Below are positions 56,410 through 64,000 of a DNA stretch of 64,000 bases, piece after piece. Source of the stretch: Paraspadella gotoi (lineage: Eukaryota > Animalia > Chaetognatha). Numbering within the stretch: the stretch's first letter is position 1; each line of letters starts with the position of its first letter. The stretch is taken from NCBI GenBank assembly GCA_051294375.1, contig CM119267.1, forward strand, positions 24,563,783 to 24,627,782, read 5' to 3'. The notes below the pieces were generated by a model, which saw only the letters and a list, made by a program, of their open reading frames with translations, did no database searches and had not been told where the DNA came from. Both the position numbers and the translations under genes were made by a program.

Positions 56410-56689
56410 GGAGAGGGAGGAGAGAGAGGAGAAGAGATGACCGTGGGAAGAAGTTGGATGGGAAACGAAGGAGGAGAGGAAGATTAAGGGGAGAGAAAAA
56501 TCTGACAATAAATAAGAAAGATCGATAAAATAAACAACAATAAAACAAACAGAAATAAAACAACAATACAAACTACAAAACAATTTTTTGTTTCATTAAG
56601 CTTTTAAATCTTCCACTCTTTCGAACTGGACCAAAGACTCGAGATTTTTTTTCTTGTGTCAAATATCCTCCTACGGAGGGAAACGCTTC

Positions 56690-56737
<48 letters not shown>

Positions 56738-56911
56738 TTCTTCTCGTTCCCTCTCTCTCTCTCTTCTCTCTCTCTCTCTCATTTGTTTTGCAACTGTTCG
56801 CTCTCCATCTCTGGCCTTCTTTCCCTCCACGTCGAAAAACATTGGCGAACAAAAATTATTATCATCTCGTTTACATAATGGAAAAACCAAGAAAAAGAGA
56901 GAGAGAGAGAG

Positions 56912-56949
<38 letters not shown>

Positions 56950-57230
56950 GAAGCGTTTTCCCTCCGTAGGAGGTATATTTGACACAAGAAAAAAACAATC
57001 TCGAGTCTTTGGTCCAGTTCGAAAGAGTGGAAGATTTAAAAAGCTTAATGAAAACAAAAATTGTTTTTAGTTTGTATTGTTGTTTTATTTTGTTTGTTTT
57101 ATTGTTGTTTATTTTAATCGATCTTTCTTATTTATTGTCAGATTTTTCTCTCCCTTAATCTTCCTCTCCTCCTTCGTTCCCATCCAATTCTTCCCACGGT
57201 CATCTCTTCTCCTCTCTCTCCTCCCTCTCC
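56410..57230. repeat. Inverted repeat with arms of about 350 bp
   Basis: 56418-56760 is the reverse complement of about 56897-57225. Confidence 0.85.
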
Positions 57231-57235
57231 CCTCT

Positions 57236-60200
57236 CTCACCTCCCTCTCCCTCTCTCACCTCTCTCTCCCTCTCTCACCTCTCTCCCTCTCTCACCTCCC
57301 TCTCCCTCTCTCTCCTCCCTCTTCTCTCTTCCCCTCTCTCTCCTCTCCTTCTCCTCTCCTCTCCTCCTCTTCCTCTCTCTTCCTCCCTCTCCTCTCCTTC
57401 TCCTCTCTCTCTCTCCCTCTTCTCTCTCTACCTCCCTCTCCTCTTCCTCTCCTTTCTCCCTCCCTCTTCCTCTCTATCCTCCTCTCTCCTCTCCCTTCTC
57501 CCTCTGCCCCTCTCCCTCTCCAGACAAATCTCCGCCTCCTCCCGCCTCTCGCGCTCTCGCCGCCACGAGCGCCACTTCAGCCAGAATTCCGTCGGCGACT
57601 CGAAGGACCCGAAGATCCGAGAGTCCCGGGGGCAGCCGGGCGGACGGCACAAGGGGTAAGGGGCAAGGGGAGGCTGCCGGGCGACGGCACAAGGTAAGGG
57701 GCAAGGGGAGCTGCCCGGCGGACGGCACCAAGGTAACGGGGCAAGACGAGCTGCCCGGGCGAACGGCAACATGGGTAAGAGGTAAGCGGAGCAGCCCATG
57801 CGGACGGCACATGGGTAAGATGTAAGGGGAGCAGCCCGTGCGGAAGGCACATGGGTAAGAGTAAGGGGAGCAAAGCCGTGCGGACGGCACATGGGTAAGA
57901 GGTAAGGGAGCAGCCGTGCGGACGGCGGTACATGGGTAAGAAGGTAAGGGGAGCAGCTGAAGGGACGGCACAGGGATAAGGGGCAAGGGGAGCAGCCCCG
58001 GGTGGACGACACATGGGTAAAGGGGCCAATGGGAGCAGCCCGAGCGACGGCACAGGGTAAGGGGCAAGTGGGGGGGCAGCTTGAGGACGGCACGGTGGAA
58101 TAATTGAAGGGTGCAGGACGGAGGTGGCCGTGTGCAAGTTTCACGGGGACTCCGGATCCCGGGTCGCCAAAGTGAGTTTAATTTCTCAAAAGAATGTTAA
58201 AGAGACTGGGTCGTTTTCTTATCATTCTTCACTGTCTTTTTTGTGCTCTCTCTCTTTCTAGAAATTCCTATCTCTCTCTCTCTCTCTTTCTAGAATTCTA
58301 TCTCTCTTCTCTCTCTTTTCTTCTCTCTCTCTCTCTCTTCTCTGCTTTCTAGAAATTCTATCTATCTCTCTCTCAATCTCTCTTTTCTCTCTTCTTTTCT
58401 CTCTCTTCTCTCTCTCTTTCCTAGAAAGTCTATCTCTCTCTCTCTCAATCCTTCTTTTCTTCTCCTCTCTCTCAATTTCTCAATCTCTCTTCTAGAAATT
58501 TCTATCTCTCTCTTCTCTCTCCTCAATCTCTCTTTTTCTCTTCTCTCTATCTCTCATCTCGTCTATTTCTCTCTCTCTCTCTCTGTCTTATCACTTTTCC
58601 CCCTTCCTTCCTCCATTAAAATCCTCCGTTCCCCATCTTCTTCTGCCCTTCTCACCATTTCCTCTCTCCTCTTACCTCCCTCCCTCCCTCCCCCTCTCCT
58701 CCCCTCCTCCCCTTCTCCTCCCCTCCTCCTCCTCCTCTCCCCCCCTTCCTCGCCTTCACCTCCCTCCCTCCCTCTACCACTAGACCGCGCCGCGGACGCC
58801 CTCTTGTCCCTCCTCCCTCAAAGGCGCGTGGTCGCGGATCACGGCGGACGGCGCGGGCGTCGCGGCTCGAGCGTCGGCGGCACAGGCAACGGGCGAGAAT
58901 CACGGTCGGCAGAGATCGAAGCAGAGCTGCCACTCGGGCGTCGGCAAGAGGTCGTCGATGCGCTCATCAACGCGGAAACGACGTCGGACTCTTCCGGTGA
59001 GGAAGGGAAAAAAGGGAAACACGAGAAAAAGGAAAGAAGGGAAAATGGTAAAAAAGGGAAAAGGAAAAAAAGAGAAAAGGAAAGAAGGAAAAGAGAAAAT
59101 GGTAAAAAAAGGGAAGGGAAAAAAGGAAACGAGAAAAAGGAAAGAAGGGAAAATGTAAAAAGGGGAAAGAAAAAAGGAGAAAAAGGAAAGAAGGAAAAGA
59201 GAAAATGGAAAAAAAAAGGGAAAAGGGAAAAAAGGGAAAAAGGGAAAAGAAAAAGTAAATAAGGAAAAAGAAAATTAAAAAGAATAAAATGATGGTTACA
59301 TAAGCAGTTGCTAAGATAAAAAACAAAATTAATATAATAAGCTTGAATTTCTTTCAGGTTTGTTTTTTAATTTTTTGGTTAATTTTGGTTTAGATTTACT
59401 ATATTTTTCGCTAAAAACATTTTCTGTAATCGGCAATTTTGTTACCTTTTACTAACTTTAACTAAAGACTAACATACATAATTTTATGTAATTTCTTTAT
59501 GAGGTAGTAATAAAAACGTTAAAAAAAAACTACAAAAAAAACCAAAAATTATCTACCTTAATTCAGGCACTCAAACTCAAGACAAGGAATCCGCGGAAAA
59601 GAATAATCTTCAAATGGTTATGACGTTAATTTCGCAAACTTTATACATTAACAAGTGTTTTTAAATATGCCGATTCGTAAAAATACATAACTGTGTAGCT
59701 CTGTGCCTGTTTCCCCCGTCACAGACTTAATTTGTAACTAAGATCATTACTAGCCTTAAACATTACAGCATTTTTTCTCTCAAAACGATATTAATTGTAG
59801 TTTAAATGAGTAAACAGACCCACAAATGCTATATTTAATGACCACTCATATTTAATTGTTTATTTATTGTAACAATGAAAGAAAACTCATTAGATAAAAC
59901 TTTGTAAGTCTTCCAAAAAATTACAAAATTATTGGACGACGGGTTTTCCAAATGGAAAATCTATTAATATTTGATTTTCTTTTGGTTTGACCCAAATTTT
60001 TTATATGCTTAATTTTTCCTTCGCCGCTGTCCCGCATCATTATATTTATTTTTTGTATTGCATTGGCTTAAATTTGTGTAAATTATGTAGTTTCAATTTA
60101 TTTTTATTTGTAAAAATAAAAAAGAAAAAAGAATGACAAACAAAGAAGTTTGTTCTTTACAATTTAATCTTTACCAGATAAAGGACATGAAATTACTTTT

Positions 60201-61051
60201 TTAGATTTTACCAAAAAAAAAATTAAAGCAAAAAAAGGAAATAAAAGAAACCACGCAAAAATCTAAGTAGATTACCAATAACAATGACTATCATAATCAC
60301 TATCACAAGCCCGAGCCGCGTTTGACTATCTTCACATCGCCTGTAATCATGACTCATTCGTTCATTGAAGGTCACGCGCTCAATTTTCTATCTTTATTAC
60401 GTAGAAACAGAATCCCATTCCATTATGTTCCCCTGATCTAATAATTAAAAGAGTTTAAGTAATCTAGCGAAAGGTAAAAGCAGTTACCATATGAACTGAG
60501 AACTTAGCCAGGTATTCCAGAAGTCATAGAATGGGACAGACCGGCGCCAAGAAAACCCAGAAAAATCTGTACTTTTGACAAACCAAAAATGCCATCTTTA
60601 AAAAAGCACGACTTCTTCGGTGCTGAGTTATGCCCTTCCTTTCTTCTCTCCGTCCACAACGAGGCGGCGCGACTGTGTAGGACTTCCGGATAACTTCTTT
60701 CAACGGCGCATTTTTTCTATCGTTGGAGTTAAAGCGATGCGCTTTTGTTTCTTTTTACTTTTTGTGCGTTGTTTTTGTTTTGTTTTTTGTTTTTGAATTA
60801 ACATTATATTTACATTTAGTTTATGACGTTATGAAAAAAGAAAATGAAAGTTATTTTGAATCAAATAGTATTCAAAGCGAAAAATGTACCTGGAAAAGTT
60901 TTTGCGAAAAAAAAATCAAAAATTATTATTTTAGGGGCGCAAAAAATACGCAAGGAACAATATCTCTGTTTTTTATCGTTTCTAAAAAGAACATCGGGAA
61001 GAGAAGGAGAGGAGAGAGAGAGAGTAGAAGAGAGAGAGGATGAGAGAGAGA

Positions 61052-61084
<33 letters not shown>

Positions 61085-64000
61085 GAGGAGAGATAGCTGG
61101 GAAATCTATTCTGAAATCTGAACCAGGTTCGAACGAACTTTTCAAAACTCCAAACAGGGATATCACGGATCCCAAAAAAAATGTCGCGGTTTTCAAAAAG
61201 GTCATTCGAGCCAAAACTAAATGGATTCAGAATCGTGTTGATTCACTCTGTAAGAGAAATCAGAGTTTGAGTTTTACTCTTTGAGTTAAAAAAATTTCTC
61301 TCCACTACAGTTAAGCGTTTTTTAAAGTATATAATAAGTAAGTAAGTAAATAATAGTTTCTAAAAAAAGTTTGAAAAACCGTTTGTTCAATGAAATAACA
61401 AACTGCTACTTTGTTACTAAGTTGATAAGTAGCGTATTTTATTCGTAAATGATAAATGTTAAACATTAAAGAAAAATATTCGAAAATAATTACATCCTTC
61501 AGCATTGCGTCGCAGAGGATTGTGACGCGACAACCGGGAGATAGGACTTCCAATTGGAGGGTGAAAAAGGAGTCTTTTTAGGAGGGACATGCGATACGGA
61601 GCCGAATCTCTCTTGGCGAATGTAGAGCTGATGGGATGAATCCTCGCTTCACAAAGAATATATTTTTTTACCGAAAGCGGAAGATTCAACAAGGTTGCCA
61701 TTAGTGCAATTTTTCTTGCTCAATACTCATCGTTTAAATCGTTAATCTTCTTATTGTTCTTAATTGTCAAAATTGTTCTTTTTTATTTCAGAAAAAAAAA
61801 AAAAAAAAAAATTTCTTGTTTCACGTTGCGGCAGGTAGGATACTTAGTTGGGAGTTGGTTGGCAATATTGTGAACATTTTCAGAAGCGTTTTTTTTAAGG
61901 AAGGAAGGTTTTTAGAAGGCTTTTTTTATTTATAGCGTTTTTTACAGAAGGATTTTTGGGGCGTGTTTCGTCGGGCTCACCAATGTGGAAGACCACCGCC
62001 TAAGGAGTAGGGAGACAGACACATGTATTTAAGCGAGAGAAAACATATCAAATATGTTCAATACAGGAAAAAGAGACAATAATGTAACGTGAATAGTTTC
62101 GGGGTTGAAACGGTTGTGTCTCTTGTGGCTCGGCCACGACGGAAGAACCCGTTTTGAAGCCTGGACGACGAGACCATGACCGGATGTTTGAGGTCATGTG
62201 GTCGTTTGAGGGAAAAAGAGGGAGTCGACGGTGTACTCGCCTCAAAACTTAATTTAAAACATAGAATCTCTATGGGACATTTTAATGATGACTTCACCAG
62301 ACTTCACCAAACGACTGCAAGAGATTAACTGATGACAGCAAACGCCTCCTTCTTCTCCTTCTTTTCTCCTTCCTTCTTCTTCTTCCTCGAAATTGCAATC
62401 TGATTGGGGAAGGGAAGGCCGGGAAAAACGGGAGCCAGCCCAGCAGGCACGAAAAACGGCACTACCCCACTTGGTGCGGATCCTAGAGACTAATCCCGCG
62501 CCGACTCGGCCAGCGACACGGCCGGCGTAGACGGCGGAGACGACCGAGTTGGACGAGACGACGAAGAGGAGGATGCGCCCAAGAGGATACTGCCGGAGAC
62601 GGGATGTTGGCGGAGGATCGCAAATCGACGAAGTCTGACGTCCGTCCCGATGTAGCGGCACTTGCACGTGGAGGATGGGGAAGATGAAGAGAGGGAGGAG
62701 GTTGAGGAGAGATTGGAGGAGCCGCTTTCTTCGTCATTGGGCTGCAGAGATAATGAATTGAAAAGTGGCAATTGACAATGAACTGAAATGTATTGAAAAC
62801 TGAGGAAACATGAAATCGAGGACAAAAAGGGTGTAAAAAAAAAAGCGGCAAGATTTTATTGATTAGAGTTGATTGGAAAAAGAATGTAGAATTTATAAAT
62901 ATCGCCTTAGGCCTCAGTACGGATATTCTGGTGGTGCTGAGAGCGTGAAAAAACGAAAAAAGTTATGCGCCAACCGTTGGGGACATGTGTGATGCCCGGG
63001 TGAGTGAGGAATCTCACGACAGCTGGCGCTCAATGGCTTGTGAACCTGCAAGTTACGACCCCAATTAAATTCATGTCAATTATACTGTCGAGTTTTGAGC
63101 AGTATTAGGGTTGGTGAACAGAAATTTCTATAATTATTTTTAATAGCGCGAAGAACTATGTTTATCCATTATAATTGCATTTCTTAGAAATCGATGGAAT
63201 TCATGAATGTTTAATTTAAAATCGTTAAGTCGCTTTAATATTATGGGGAATCTTTTCTTTTTAAACGAAAGAAACCGAAGCTGACTCATGTTATAATCAT
63301 TAGACTGATTAATTATTAAAATATGATCTCAAAGCTTTTCTTTTCGTCCGCGTTTTAGTTAAAGAGAAACAAGTTTATTTGTTTTAGACAAAGTTTTTTT
63401 TTTTTTTATTAAAAAAACATTTTTCGACTGCTATTTTTGAGTCTTCATCAGCCACTTGGCTATATACAATTTTATTAAATTGGCTTCGCAGTCGACAAAA
63501 CTAACTTTCTCTCTTCATATTTTCAACCGGCTCTACATGCTTACCTTTTATTTCGGCATTTAATGAGACTTCCACTTCCTCATTTATCAATAACCGGTTC
63601 ATTTGAAACGAAGAATCGCGAATTCTTGGTTTTTTCCACTTTGGATTCATTTTTTTACGCTCGTGTGGAAACGAACAACAAAAACTTATTAAAAAAAAAA
63701 ATGACAGAAAACAAACATGAAATTGTTTTTTTTAAAATACATTTTTTATTTGGTCGTAAAATATTGGACTAGCACTTAAAGTTTTCTGGTTCGATCCAAT
63801 TTATCGTAACAATAAAAACTATTGTCTTAAAATAACTCATCCACTAGCCCGGTGACAAAAATTCTATTTTTCATAAACGATGACCTCATCGTCTCATTTA
63901 CGAAGAAAAAAAAAATAAAAGCAAAATTCAGTGCAAATTGGTTTTTTTTTTAGGTTTTAGTTTCAGGTTTAAATGGCCAACGACTGTTTTTTTAAACTTA
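57236..64000 (-). repeat. Third noisy copy of the 41-47.6 kb segment (direct repeat of 47596-54380)
   Basis: Collinear, with independent 1-bp indels that frameshift the exons it contains. Confidence 0.9.

Noticed and set aside
50920-62720. Frameshifted copies of PhyH exon 1 and the XK-like ORF as pseudogenes
   Set aside because: They lie in the noisy duplicated arms, and the indel pattern fits read error rather than decay.

Overview
AT-rich, microsatellite-dense eukaryotic (probably invertebrate animal) draft assembly with N gaps and noisy duplicated segments. Most entries in the ORF track are repeat artefacts, so genes were rebuilt by splice sites and phase. Genes found: (1) the first four coding exons of a TRPC/TRP-gamma-like channel (-, 4838-8567, continues left of the window); (2) a complete 3-exon CD225/dispanin membrane protein (-, 20962-22411); (3) a multi-exon PhyH-type Fe(II)/2OG dioxygenase (+, 24820-38245+) with an in-frame TGA in exon 2, an antisense intron-containing tRNA-Leu(CAA) in intron 1, and an orphan exon-1 copy at 44320; (4) the four 3' exons of an unknown R/S/G-rich protein (-, 45378-47567); (5) a possible XK-like fragment. 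The most notable signal is two families of miniature LTR elements with tRNA-like Pol III cassettes inside the LTR (Helenus-like). One family carries a twister-ribozyme-like fold in its LTR. There is also a Penelope-type hammerhead core, and tandem repeats start repeatedly at splice donors. The region 47.6-64 kb is mostly inverted or duplicated copies of 40.5-47.6 kb and is probably assembly artefact.
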